Part shown: piece after piece, positions 18,557-28,429 of the stretch
How the letters are laid out: the number at the start of each line of letters is the position of its first letter
How positions within the stretch are numbered: position 1 is the first letter of the stretch
Virus record (IMG/VR): IMGVR_UViG_3300009161_000023
Location: 1-64,000 of that record
DNA from: a virus
Direction: 5' to 3' (one strand)
DNA: 64,000 nucleotides
Notes under the pieces: model-generated
Databases searched by the model: none
Told to the model about the DNA's origin: nothing
Seen by the model: the letters and a program-made list of their open reading frames with translations, nothing else
Program-made: the position numbers and the translations under genes

Positions 18557-20563
18557 ATGAAACAGTTAAATTTTAAAAATATAAAAGCAAACAATTTTTT
18601 TTGTTTTGGAAACAAAGGAATTGAATTAAATTTTGATAGTTTTCAAAATATAGTTTTTATAAAAGGAATAAACAAAGATATAGTAGATCAGAATGGTAAA
18701 TTTTCTTCTAATGGTTCAGGAAAGTCTACTATTCCTCAAATTATAACATATTGTTTTTATGGTAAAACAATTAAATCACCTAAGAAAATTAGCCATAAAG
18801 ATATAATCAACAATAAAAATGGAAAAAAATTAAGTGTAGAAGTAATTTTTGATAATTATAAAGTTGTAAGAACAAGAAAGCCTGATTCTTTAAGGGTTTG
18901 GAAAAGTGATGCTGGAGTTTGGGATGATTCCACGGAAATAACATTAGGAGGAATGCCTTCTACTCAAGAATTAATCAATAATATCATAGGGCTTTCTTAT
19001 GAGTCATTTTTAAATGTATGTGTTTTTACAGACGATAATAATTCTTGTTTTTTAGAATTAGATCATGCTGAAAAAAGAAAAATTGTTGAAAATCTTTTAA
19101 ATTTAGAAAAGTACAGAGATTATCTAGATACTGCTAAAGAGCTTTCTAAAACAAATAAAGATAAAATTAAAAGTTTAGCACTGGAATTATCATATATTGA
19201 AACTAACAAGAAAAATATTGAATTTAATATTTCTTCAATAAAAGATAATATAAAAAAATATGAAGATAATATTATTAGTTCAATTTTAATAATTGAAAGA
19301 AAAATAGAAGCATTTAATAATGAAATAAAAAATTCTTCTTATGAAGAAGATCTTAAGGTTTACGAAGACAATCAAGATAAAATAAAAAAAATCGATGTAT
19401 CTTTAGATGCATTTTTTGTCAAAAAAGAAGAAGTAACTGCAAAAACAACAGAAGTATTCAAAATCTACAATGAAAAGCTTACAGAAAAAACTGACTATGA
19501 AAGTAAGATGCGAGAATTTTCATTAGAGATTAATACTACAGAAAAAAACATAAACACATTTGATAATAAAATTAATAAGTTTAAAAATCTTGAACCAAAT
19601 ATGATTTGCGATAAGTGTTTTGGAACTATTAAACCAGAAAATTATCAAGAATTTATTGACAATGCATTAAAAGATAAAAAAATTAGCGAGATTGATTTAA
19701 TAACCTTAAATAATAATTTTAATGAAGTTAAAATTATTCACGATGAAATAATAAAATCAATACAAGAATTGATTGAAAAGCTAAATAAAATTAAATCTTT
19801 CTCAACAAAATTAAACGAAGAAGAAAATAAATTAAAAATATTAAAAGCTTCTTTAATGAATTTTAAAAAACCAGAGCTTACTAATCAAGAACTGATTATT
19901 AAAACTCAAATTAAAAATCTTGAACAAGAAAAAGAAGAAAAAAACAAATTACTAACTGGTAAAAATCCAAATCAAGATTTATTAGATCAAAATAATATTA
20001 AGCTAAATGAATCAGCCGAAGATGATAAAAATACTAGAATTGAAATTCAAAATCTTGAAACATTGAATTCTTATTATGAATTCTGGTTTGAAGCTTTTGG
20101 AGATGAAGGAATTAGGAAACTTGTAGTCAACGAAATTATACCTGCACTTAATTCAAGGCTTAGTTATTGGCTTCAAATTTTAATCGACAATAAAATTGAA
20201 ATTAAATTTGACAGTAGTTTAAATGAATTTATTTCTAAATTCCCAGATTGTGATAAAGAGTTAATTTATGCTGTTCTAAGCAATGGTCAAAAAAGAAGAA
20301 TTAACTTAGCGGTAAATCAAGCATTTGCTCATGTTATGATGTTAAGTCATGGCGTAGCTCCAAATATCATATTTTTAGATGAAGTCACATCTAATATTGA
20401 TCAAATTGGCGTTCAAGCTATTTATGATATGATTTGCGAGCTTTCTAAAAGTAAAAAAGTTTTTGTTACAACTCATGATCAAGATTTAATTTCCATGTTA
20501 AGTGGTTGTCAGGAAATGGTACTGGAAATGAAAGATGGAGAAAGTTTTTTAAAATCTATTTGA
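18557..20563 (+). CDS. Rad50/SbcC-like SMC ATPase (T4 gp46-like)
   Basis: NGSGKS, coiled coils, CDKC zinc hook, LSNGQ signature, FLDE, TTHD. Confidence 0.92.
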   Translation: MKQLNFKNIKANNFFCFGNKGIELNFDSFQNIVFIKGINKDIVDQNGKFSSNGSGKSTIPQIITYCFYGKTIKSPKKISHKDIINNKNGKKLSVEVIFDNYKVVRTRKPDSLRVWKSDAGVWDDSTEITLGGMPSTQELINNIIGLSYESFLNVCVFTDDNNSCFLELDHAEKRKIVENLLNLEKYRDYLDTAKELSKTNKDKIKSLALELSYIETNKKNIEFNISSIKDNIKKYEDNIISSILIIERKIEAFNNEIKNSSYEEDLKVYEDNQDKIKKIDVSLDAFFVKKEEVTAKTTEVFKIYNEKLTEKTDYESKMREFSLEINTTEKNINTFDNKINKFKNLEPNMICDKCFGTIKPENYQEFIDNALKDKKISEIDLITLNNNFNEVKIIHDEIIKSIQELIEKLNKIKSFSTKLNEEENKLKILKASLMNFKKPELTNQELIIKTQIKNLEQEKEEKNKLLTGKNPNQDLLDQNNIKLNESAEDDKNTRIEIQNLETLNSYYEFWFEAFGDEGIRKLVVNEIIPALNSRLSYWLQILIDNKIEIKFDSSLNEFISKFPDCDKELIYAVLSNGQKRRINLAVNQAFAHVMMLSHGVAPNIIFLDEVTSNIDQIGVQAIYDMICELSKSKKVFVTTHDQDLISMLSGCQEMVLEMKDGESFLKSI

Positions 20564-20645
20564 TTTTTTATAAAAGTAAATTTAGAATAAAAATTACAAG
20601 CATAAATAAGTTCCATGAATTTTAAAGTTTAATTGAAAGGCTGAA

Positions 20646-22889
20646 ATGTCTCTGAAATCATTATCTGATTATACTTTTGCAAGTCGTTATGCACGATACG
20701 ATAAAAATCAAAAAAGAAGAGAAACTTGGCATGAAGCGATTGAGCGTGTTAAAGGCATGCATCTTACAAAATATCCAATGGCAGCAGATGATATTAATTG
20801 GGCATTTGAACATGTTCATAATAAAATAGCACTTGGTAGTCAAAGAGCATTACAATTTGGTGGTGATCCAATTTTAAAGCGTAATGCAAAAATTTATAAT
20901 TGCATTAGTTCCTACTGTGATAGATCTAGCTTTTTTCAGGAATGTACTTGGCTTTTACTTAATGGTTGCGGAACTGGTTTTTCTGTTCAACGACATCATG
21001 TTGATAAACTACCAGATTTTCACATTACTAAATCAACTGATTTATCAGAAGAAAAAATTTATAAAATTGATGATAGCATTGAAGGATGGTCAGATGCTCT
21101 TGGGGTGTTAACTGCAAGCTATATTCCGCACTCAGAATTTTCTGATTTTCATGGTAAAAAAGTAACTTTTGATTATTCTTCTATTAGACCAAAAGGTTCA
21201 TCTTTGTCGTATGGCGTAGGCAAAGCACCAGGTCATGAGCCACTTGAAAAAGCTTTAGAAAAAATTCGTGAAGTTTTTAATAAATCTGTTGATTTTGGTA
21301 ATAAAAAATTAAGAACAATTGATGCATATGACATAATTATGCATGCCTCTGATGCTGTCCTTAGTGGTGGTGTCCGAAGATCTGCTACTTTGGCCATGTT
21401 TAGTGTTGATGATGAATTAATGCTTAATGCTAAAATTGGTAATTGGTATTATGAAAATCCACAAAGAGCAAGATCTAACAATAGTGCATTACTATTAAAA
21501 AACAGTACAGGAATAGAAGATTATCATCGTTTATTCGAATCTACTAGACAATTTGGAGAACCAGGTATTATTTGGAGTCATAGTACTGAACAATTATTTA
21601 ATCCTTGCGTAGAAATTGGACTTTATGGTTATGATGAGCAAGGCAATTCTGGATGGCAAGCTTGTAATCTTTGCACTATAAATGGTTCAAAATTAGAAAC
21701 TAAAGAGAACTTTGCTTTAGCTGCTAAAGTTGCTTCTATCATTGGAACTTTACAAGCTGGTTATACCGATTTTGGTTATCTTGGTAAGGTAAGTGAATCT
21801 ATTATAAGAAGAGAAGCCCTTCTTGGTGTTAGCATGACTGGTATTATGGATCATCCAAACATTACATTGGATAAAAATAATCTTCGTGAAATGGCAGGTA
21901 TAGTTCTTCAGACTAATGAAGATGTTGCAAATAAAATTGGAATTAACATTGCAGCAAGGGCAACTTGTGTAAAACCAGAAGGAACGGCAAGTTGTTTGCT
22001 TGGAACATCTAGTGGAATTCATCCTGCACACGCTAGAAGATATATTCGTAGAGTTCAAAGTAATGCTACTGAAGTGCCAATTCAACATTTTAAAACTTAT
22101 AACCGTACTGCTGTTGAAACATCATTATGGAGTGCAAGTGGAACAGATGAAGTAATTAGTTTTTTAATTGAAATGCCAGAACATGTAATAACAAAAGATA
22201 GTATTTCTGCTGTTCAGCTTCTAGAAACGGTTAAATTAGTTCAGGAAAATTGGGTTGAAGCTGGTAAAAGGCCAGAAAAGTGTGTGCATCCTTGGATGTC
22301 GCATAATGTTAGCAATACAATTAATGTCAAGGAAAGTGAATGGGAAGATGTAGAAGCTTTCATTTATGAAAATCGTGAAAGTTTTGCTGGGATTTCTTTA
22401 TTACCAGCTACTGGTGATCTTGATTATCAGCAAGCTCCATTTACTAAAGTTCTCACAGTTGATGAAATAGTTGAAAAATATGGAAAAGGTTGTATCTTTG
22501 CCTCTGGCTTAATTGTTGATGGACTCCATGCATTTAATAATAATTTATGGCGAGCTTGTGATGCTGCCTTGGGTGTTTTTGAAGTTCAAGAGCCAAAGGT
22601 TCCAGAAAAATTAAATGATGAAATAGTCCAAAAATTACAATTAGAGTGGGTTAATTGTAATTTGCAAAAAGATTGGGTTCGCAGAGCTAAACAATTTGCA
22701 GAAAGACATCTACAGAATAATGTAAAAGAACTTACTTATCTTTTAAAGGACATAAATAACAATAAATTATGGGAAGATTTGAGTAGAGTTCACAAGAATG
22801 TAGATTATACTGAAATGTACGAAGAAGAAGACAATACCAAACTTATGGAAGCTATTGCTTGTGCTGGTGGATCTTGTAGTACTTTTTAA
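20646..22889 (+). CDS. nrdJ: Class II (adenosylcobalamin-dependent) ribonucleotide reductase, monomeric type
   Basis: GGVRRSA, FNPCVEI, CNL, VKPEGT, C-terminal CAGGSC; no nrdB in this window. Confidence 0.82.
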   Translation: MSLKSLSDYTFASRYARYDKNQKRRETWHEAIERVKGMHLTKYPMAADDINWAFEHVHNKIALGSQRALQFGGDPILKRNAKIYNCISSYCDRSSFFQECTWLLLNGCGTGFSVQRHHVDKLPDFHITKSTDLSEEKIYKIDDSIEGWSDALGVLTASYIPHSEFSDFHGKKVTFDYSSIRPKGSSLSYGVGKAPGHEPLEKALEKIREVFNKSVDFGNKKLRTIDAYDIIMHASDAVLSGGVRRSATLAMFSVDDELMLNAKIGNWYYENPQRARSNNSALLLKNSTGIEDYHRLFESTRQFGEPGIIWSHSTEQLFNPCVEIGLYGYDEQGNSGWQACNLCTINGSKLETKENFALAAKVASIIGTLQAGYTDFGYLGKVSESIIRREALLGVSMTGIMDHPNITLDKNNLREMAGIVLQTNEDVANKIGINIAARATCVKPEGTASCLLGTSSGIHPAHARRYIRRVQSNATEVPIQHFKTYNRTAVETSLWSASGTDEVISFLIEMPEHVITKDSISAVQLLETVKLVQENWVEAGKRPEKCVHPWMSHNVSNTINVKESEWEDVEAFIYENRESFAGISLLPATGDLDYQQAPFTKVLTVDEIVEKYGKGCIFASGLIVDGLHAFNNNLWRACDAALGVFEVQEPKVPEKLNDEIVQKLQLEWVNCNLQKDWVRRAKQFAERHLQNNVKELTYLLKDINNNKLWEDLSRVHKNVDYTEMYEEEDNTKLMEAIACAGGSCSTF

Positions 22890-22916
22890 TTATTTTAAAT
22901 ATAAAAGAGATTATTT

Positions 22917-23390
22917 ATGAAACAGGAATTAGAAGATAAAATATATAATTCTTTTCCTGTTTTATTTCCAAATAATCTTGCTTATGGAAATAGTCTTGCT
23001 TATGGAATCGAGTGTGAAGATGGTTGGTTTGAATTGATATTCAATCTTTGTAAGCAATTGGTTGATGAAAAGATTGAAGTAACTCAAATAAAGGAAAAAT
23101 TTGGCACTCTTAGGTTTTATCATAATTTTGGAAATGATAAAGTTAAAGAATTGGTTAGACTTACAGAGATTAAATCTTCTAGCATTTGTGAATTTTGTGG
23201 AACAGAAGAAAATGTTAAATTATATTCTGCTGGATGGAATAAAACATTATGTGTAAGTCATGCACATCAATTTTACAAAGTAAATTACGCTTGTTTAAAT
23301 TGTAATTTTAAATTTGATTATGAAGCTGATTTTAAACCATTTCAATGTCCTAAATGTAGATCAGAAGATTTAAAAGAATTGTTTCAATAA
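22917..23390 (+). CDS. Conserved phage protein with Zn-ribbon tail
   Basis: CEDGW..QIKEKFGTLRFY..CEFCG plus CxxC..CPKC. Confidence 0.7.
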   Translation: MKQELEDKIYNSFPVLFPNNLAYGNSLAYGIECEDGWFELIFNLCKQLVDEKIEVTQIKEKFGTLRFYHNFGNDKVKELVRLTEIKSSSICEFCGTEENVKLYSAGWNKTLCVSHAHQFYKVNYACLNCNFKFDYEADFKPFQCPKCRSEDLKELFQ

Positions 23391-23397
23391 TTTAAGC

Positions 23398-23925
23398 TTA
23401 ATTTGATATTTGAAATCTCCACACAGGAACAATAGGTGGTAATAATCCTTTGTAGAAATTTTCTTCTCCAATTAATTTTTTCAACTCATTGAGTGATTTT
23501 CTTTTCTTAATTAATGAAAATCCATCACAAAAAGCATCATCTAATAAATCATAGCATTTATAAATCTGTTCTGATTCTATTAATGCATTTGAATAAAAAA
23601 TTATTGTATCTTGATTTCCATTTTCCATTTTAGATTTACAGTTAGATTGATATAATCTATTAAATTCAAGCATTTGTATTGTACAGCATCTGCCAATGTA
23701 ACCAAAATGATATGCATGGCATAAATTAGGATAATTGTTTTCTTTAGCCTCTTTATATTCTTTTAAAAATGTTTTTATTGTACAGCAATTATCATGTGTA
23801 TTTTTATTATCAAGTGGCATTCTCAATTCATGCTTAACATGAAGTTCAAAAACATACTCTTCAAGTTTTTTTTCTTGAATGAATAAATTAAATTTAATAA
23901 TTGCAAACAAAACAAAGCTTGTCAT
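23398..23925 (-). CDS. Hypothetical protein
   Basis: 175-aa ORF. Confidence 0.55.
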   Translation of the reverse strand: MTSFVLFAIIKFNLFIQEKKLEEYVFELHVKHELRMPLDNKNTHDNCCTIKTFLKEYKEAKENNYPNLCHAYHFGYIGRCCTIQMLEFNRLYQSNCKSKMENGNQDTIIFYSNALIESEQIYKCYDLLDDAFCDGFSLIKKRKSLNELKKLIGEENFYKGLLPPIVPVWRFQISN

Positions 23926-24052
23926 ATTTTATATAATATTTTATATAATAATTAATAAAAAATACTTGTGAAAATTAAATTAAAACATTGCATTTTTTAT
24001 AATTATGTTTAAAATTGTATTTTGATTTTATTGAAAATTAACTTTTACTTTA

Positions 24053-24640
24053 TTGGTAAAAATGGTATATTCTGAAGCCTGTGATGAAATTTTAGCAATT
24101 AAGTTAAGTTGTGGAGACAACATAGCATTTGAAGTTATTTATCAAAGATATTATTCTTCTGCTTATAATATATTTTTAAAAAGATTATCAAATAAAGAAT
24201 CGGCAGAAGATGCAACTCATGATCTTTTTGTTAAACTAAGATGTAAAATAAAGACCTTTGATAAAGTAAGATGTTTTAAGGCTTGGTTTTTAATAGTAGC
24301 TAAAAGATTTGCAATTGACATTTTAAGAAGAAGAAAAAATGAAATAAGCTTAGATGTTTTCAATGCTTATAATAGCAGAGAGTGTTACCTTGAAGGGCTA
24401 AGTTACAATGAAGATTTGTTAGAAAAAATTACAATAGAAGAAAATGTTAATATTGTAAAAAAAGTATTTAATCAAATGTCAGATATACAAAGAAAAGTAT
24501 TAATTTATTATTATTTTGATGATTTATCTTGTGAAGAAATAGCAACATTGATGAATACACCTATTGGCACTGTAAAATCAAGGATTTCTAGAGCTTTGAA
24601 ATTATTCAAGGAATTCTTTGAGAACATTAAAGGAGTTTGA
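24053..24640 (+). CDS. ECF-type RNA polymerase sigma factor
   Basis: GDNIAFEVIYQRY..AEDATHDLF..FKAWFLIVAKRFAID (region 2); LSCEEIATLMNTPIGTVKSRISRA (region 4.2). Confidence 0.9.
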   Translation: MVKMVYSEACDEILAIKLSCGDNIAFEVIYQRYYSSAYNIFLKRLSNKESAEDATHDLFVKLRCKIKTFDKVRCFKAWFLIVAKRFAIDILRRRKNEISLDVFNAYNSRECYLEGLSYNEDLLEKITIEENVNIVKKVFNQMSDIQRKVLIYYYFDDLSCEEIATLMNTPIGTVKSRISRALKLFKEFFENIKGV

Positions 24641-24855
24641 CATTGAATGGATTTTGTTTTTTTGGAAATTTATCAAGTAAATTATTTTGGGAAGTTCAAG
24701 TTCTTTCTAGGATAAGGAAATTTAAAGACGGCATTACATTTATGAAAATAAATTTAAACTATGATAGTTATGAATGTGAACATAATCCTTGTTTTATTTT
24801 TGAACTTACAGTATTTAATGTTTACAATCATTTTATTATTTTTAGTAAAAACTAA
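24637..24855 (+). CDS. Small hypothetical protein
   Basis: 72-aa ORF coupled to the sigma gene. Confidence 0.5.
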   Translation: MTLNGFCFFGNLSSKLFWEVQVLSRIRKFKDGITFMKINLNYDSYECEHNPCFIFELTVFNVYNHFIIFSKN

Positions 24856-24864
24856 GGAGTTGTA

Positions 24865-25296
24865 ATGAGTACTAAATCTTCTTTGTATTATTCTGATGAA
24901 ATGCATCTTTTTATAGAATCTTTTTCAGACAATTCAATATTTTTAAAACTTAATAAAAAAGATTTAAAATTAAAATTAGAATTCCCATTGTTAGATTTTT
25001 TAAAAATGGCAAAAACATTTGACTTTAAAGAATTTGAAAAACAAGCTCTTTTGACAGATAAACAAATTAAAGATTATTGTGAATCAAAAATAGAAAAAAG
25101 ATTAAGTGAAGAAGGTTATTTTCCAATGCTTGGATTTATGGTTTATGGCGACAGTAGTTCTCCTAGAGAAGAGCAAATACAAAAAGGATTTGATTATTAT
25201 TCTAAAAAAAGAGATGAATTAAGAAAATGGTTTGATGAATTTAACAAAATTAGTGTTAATAAATTGCATTTTGGATTAGAAAGTATTTCTGATTGA
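24865..25296 (+). CDS. Hypothetical protein
   Basis: AAGGAG RBS; 143 aa. Confidence 0.7.
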   Translation: MSTKSSLYYSDEMHLFIESFSDNSIFLKLNKKDLKLKLEFPLLDFLKMAKTFDFKEFEKQALLTDKQIKDYCESKIEKRLSEEGYFPMLGFMVYGDSSSPREEQIQKGFDYYSKKRDELRKWFDEFNKISVNKLHFGLESISD

Positions 25297-25340
25297 TTCT
25301 GCAAGCCATTGGAAGATATTGTTAATTGATATGTTTGAAA

Positions 25341-26489
25341 TTAAAATATAGTTGCCAATAGTACTTTAGGGCGAACACCTAGTACCTTGGATATCGACAA
25401 ACGGGTATTTCCTGCTACGCAATAAGGAATCCCATTGTAAATTAATACCATTGGTGCTGGAAGAGTTTCGCCTTCTTTTATTCTTGTTATAATACGATCT
25501 ACATCTTTGCCATCTTTCTTCAATGTTTCTATTTTTTCCATGCTAATATTTGGATTGTTTGAATCAGTGTTTTGCATATTCAACCAATTAGTATCGTCAA
25601 GGGTGGTTATTTTTGCTCTTACGAAAGCTAGCTTGACAGTTTTTTCATCAATATTTAAATCTTTAGCTTGTCTTACCATCTCTTCTCTTTCTTCGTACAA
25701 ATCAGGTTTAGCCCATTTAGGTCGGAATGCTTGAAAAGGATTTAGAACACTTGATTCTAAAAACCAATCCTTAAAAGAAAAGCTTTCGCTTGTATATTTT
25801 AGTTGGTGTCTTTGTGTAGTTGAAAGTCCTTCTGGAGTAGAAGCCTGTGGAATATACATAGATGCTTTTGTTTTTGGTGCAGTAGCGGTTTTTAAAATTT
25901 GACCTTCTTCTAATTCTCCAAGCGTATAACTTCTAGATTGATTTGTTTTGTAAGAGAAAACTTCAAGTTCTTGTTCTTTCAATTCATTTTCGTCTAAGAC
26001 ATCTAGAACATCCATGTCTTGTGCTATATCATACGCTGCATTAACAACTTTCTTAGCTGTTTCTTGATTAAATTCCCATACTTCAAAATTATTTTGTCTA
26101 ATGATAATGTATCCTAAATATTTGCATCCATATTTTCTAGAATCTCCATGTAATGCTTGCATGGCTTCTGTTAATTTTGGATTAGAAACCAATTGAGATT
26201 TAATATCTTTAATGCTATCGTAAAGACTATAAATATTATCTGGGTCATAATCTTCTTGACGAATATTTCTTTCAACTTTCATTTTGTTTATTTCTAATTC
26301 TCGAAGAAGGTCTTCTGATATTTCTGATGTTTCTATTAAGCCTTCTGCAACATCAACTAGTTCTTCTGCATATGTTCCGCAAATTGCTTGCATGATATGT
26401 GCTTCATGACCCATATCACTTATATCACCATCAGCACCTATTAAAGTGTAGCCATCATAAATATATTCACCCATTAAAAAGTCAGTCAT
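25341..26489 (-). CDS. Two-module protein: shared N-domain + linker + ParB-like C-domain
   Basis: Paralog of 26515-27963; internal SESFSFKDWFLE; C-terminal PAPMVL..CVAGNTRL. Confidence 0.65.
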   Translation of the reverse strand: MTDFLMGEYIYDGYTLIGADGDISDMGHEAHIMQAICGTYAEELVDVAEGLIETSEISEDLLRELEINKMKVERNIRQEDYDPDNIYSLYDSIKDIKSQLVSNPKLTEAMQALHGDSRKYGCKYLGYIIIRQNNFEVWEFNQETAKKVVNAAYDIAQDMDVLDVLDENELKEQELEVFSYKTNQSRSYTLGELEEGQILKTATAPKTKASMYIPQASTPEGLSTTQRHQLKYTSESFSFKDWFLESSVLNPFQAFRPKWAKPDLYEEREEMVRQAKDLNIDEKTVKLAFVRAKITTLDDTNWLNMQNTDSNNPNISMEKIETLKKDGKDVDRIITRIKEGETLPAPMVLIYNGIPYCVAGNTRLSISKVLGVRPKVLLATIF

Positions 26490-27054
26490 AATTAATCCTT
26501 ATTCAAAGTGCTTATCATTTATGTATTTTCTTTGTATCTGTAGAAAATGTTCCTTTGTTTTTAATTGATTTCAATTGTTTTGGATCAAAAACTATGGCGT
26601 TAAATGTTCCATCTTTATCTTTTAAAATAACGCCATCGTATCTATCTCTAATCAATTCATCGATGCCTTTTTTATCATATTCATCCCACCCAGCAGGATT
26701 TTGTATAGATGCATAAAGTTCAAAAACGGCACCACTAACACCAGCACCAGTTTCATTTTTATCAGCAGCGTTTTTATCTGATGTCACCCAAATTATTCCG
26801 CCCATAGCAGATTTCTTAGAATCAAATCCAAATTTCTTTATTTTTTCTGCTGCTTCTTTGCTTGTCTGATGATAAACAACAATTGGATTTCCTTCTGAGT
26901 CTATTACTTTGGAATTTTTAAACCAATTTTTAAAATCAGGATTTTCAATTATGGAGTTTTCTAACCATATTTTAAAAGAAAAACTTTCGCTTGTGTATCG
27001 CAATTGGTGTCTTTGTGTAGTTGAAAGTCCTTCTGGAGTAGAAGCCTGTGGAAT
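25803..27054. repeat. 51-bp exact direct repeat (25803-25853 and 27004-27054)
   Basis: TTGGTGTCTTTGTGTAGTTGAAAGTCCTTCTGGAGTAGAAGCCTGTGGAAT identical in both paralogs. Confidence 0.9.
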
Positions 27055-27963
27055 GAAATGATTTGATTTACCTTGACTTATTGTAGGTGTTACATATAAT
27101 TTTTTATCTCTTAATTGCTCAATAGTATATTCACTGCCTTTATTGGTTTTATATGAAGTAATTCCTATAGTTTGCTCATCTTCTCTGCTTCTGTCTTCTC
27201 TGTTTTTTTCCATAATTTTTTCTGCTGCATCTACAATCTTATTTGCAGTATCTTGATTGAGTTCCCACACTTCAAAGAAAGGCCCTCTAATAATAATAAA
27301 TCCTAAAGATTTACATCCATATTTTCTGACATCTCCATGTGATAATGCTTGCATGGCTTCTGTTAGTTTTTGATCAGAAACTAATTGCGGATTAATATCT
27401 TTAATAGCATTATAAAGGGTGCCAATATTAGTAATTTCTTTTTCTCCAATATTATCATCTTCAATATAATCTGGAAGATTTTTAATTTTATATTTATATC
27501 TCTTTAATTCCTCTAATTTTTCTTCTAATTCTTCATCTATTTCTTCTGGTTTTTTTGATTCAATTTGTTTAATTAATTTTTCTGCAATATTTACTAATTC
27601 TTCTCTATGATTTAAAAAAATTGCTGCTTCTATCGTTTCTTCATGAGTTTTTACATCTGCTTCTGTTAATTCTCCGTGATCATAAATCCATTCACCTTTT
27701 AAAAGATCTACTTCTTCCTTGTCTTCAAATGGTGGCTCAATTATTTCAAGTTGTTCTTTCCACCAATTTAATTCTGCTTCAACATTATTTACTTTAGTTT
27801 GTTCTAAAAGAGATTTGATCCATATCATAGATTGTTCAATTTTAAATTTTTCTATTTCTTCCCATCCCAACCCATCTAAATTATTTATTATGTTGTGAAA
27901 TGCTATAATAAAATCTTTTTGTATTTCTTTATTTATAAATTTGATAACTGCGTCTTTGTCCAT
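26515..27963 (-). CDS. Two-module protein: shared N-domain + linker + ADP-ribosyltransferase-like (ART-PolyVal type) C-domain
   Basis: FKNWFKNSKVIDSEGNPIVVYHQT..LYASIQNP..YDGVI..VFDPKQLKS..NKGTF. Confidence 0.7.
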   Translation of the reverse strand: MDKDAVIKFINKEIQKDFIIAFHNIINNLDGLGWEEIEKFKIEQSMIWIKSLLEQTKVNNVEAELNWWKEQLEIIEPPFEDKEEVDLLKGEWIYDHGELTEADVKTHEETIEAAIFLNHREELVNIAEKLIKQIESKKPEEIDEELEEKLEELKRYKYKIKNLPDYIEDDNIGEKEITNIGTLYNAIKDINPQLVSDQKLTEAMQALSHGDVRKYGCKSLGFIIIRGPFFEVWELNQDTANKIVDAAEKIMEKNREDRSREDEQTIGITSYKTNKGSEYTIEQLRDKKLYVTPTISQGKSNHFIPQASTPEGLSTTQRHQLRYTSESFSFKIWLENSIIENPDFKNWFKNSKVIDSEGNPIVVYHQTSKEAAEKIKKFGFDSKKSAMGGIIWVTSDKNAADKNETGAGVSGAVFELYASIQNPAGWDEYDKKGIDELIRDRYDGVILKDKDGTFNAIVFDPKQLKSIKNKGTFSTDTKKIHK

Positions 27964-27972
27964 ATTATTTTC

Positions 27973-28023
27973 TTATATTTTTCTGGAATAGTTTCTATTT
28001 TCTAACCATATTTTAAAGTTCAT
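27973..28023 (-). CDS. 16-aa mini-ORF consisting of a capsid-targeting-like leader, in frame with the next gene
   Basis: ATG AAC TTT AAA ATA TGG TTA GAA = MNFKIWLENRNYSRKI*; TATATA element just upstream. Confidence 0.5.
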   Translation of the reverse strand: MNFKIWLENRNYSRKI

Positions 28024-28068
28024 AAAATATATATTGATTTTTTTTCATTATTAGATTATTTTTATCAT

Positions 28069-28251
28069 ATGGATAAAATAAAAAAAGAAGAAAAAGTTTG
28101 TTATAATTGCGAATATATTCTTGGACAAAGTGATATTTCTTTTGGGTTGAGATGTAAACACCCAGAAAACCAAAAAGAAGAAATGTTACCTATTGTTCCA
28201 AGTCCAATGCATAATTGCAAACATTTTAAAAATAAACTTACAGGGGAATAG
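28069..28251 (+). CDS. Small Cys-rich protein
   Basis: KVCYNC..CKHPEN..HNCKHF; paralog of the next ORF. Confidence 0.65.
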   Translation: MDKIKKEEKVCYNCEYILGQSDISFGLRCKHPENQKEEMLPIVPSPMHNCKHFKNKLTGE

Positions 28252-28252
28252 T

Positions 28253-28429
28253 ATGTTTAATTTAGAAATAAAGCCAGAAGACAAAGTTTGTTATAATTGT
28301 AAGTTTTTATTTTGGGGTGTTGGAATAGGGATGGGGATAAGATGTAACAATGAAAATAATAGAAAAGGTCAAGAATTACCGCCTATAACACATAGTAAAA
28401 GCACTTGTAATTTATTTTTGCAGAAGTGA
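28253..28429 (+). CDS. Small Cys-rich protein
   Basis: KVCYNC..CNNEN..STCNLF; GGGGA RBS, start trimmed to ATG at 28253. Confidence 0.65.
   Translation: MFNLEIKPEDKVCYNCKFLFWGVGIGMGIRCNNENNRKGQELPPITHSKSTCNLFLQK

Noticed and set aside
20646-22889. Class I RNR (NrdA) or intein in the RNR
   Set aside because: No ATP-cone or terminal tyrosine pair, motifs fit the monomeric class II type, and no intein junction motifs are present.
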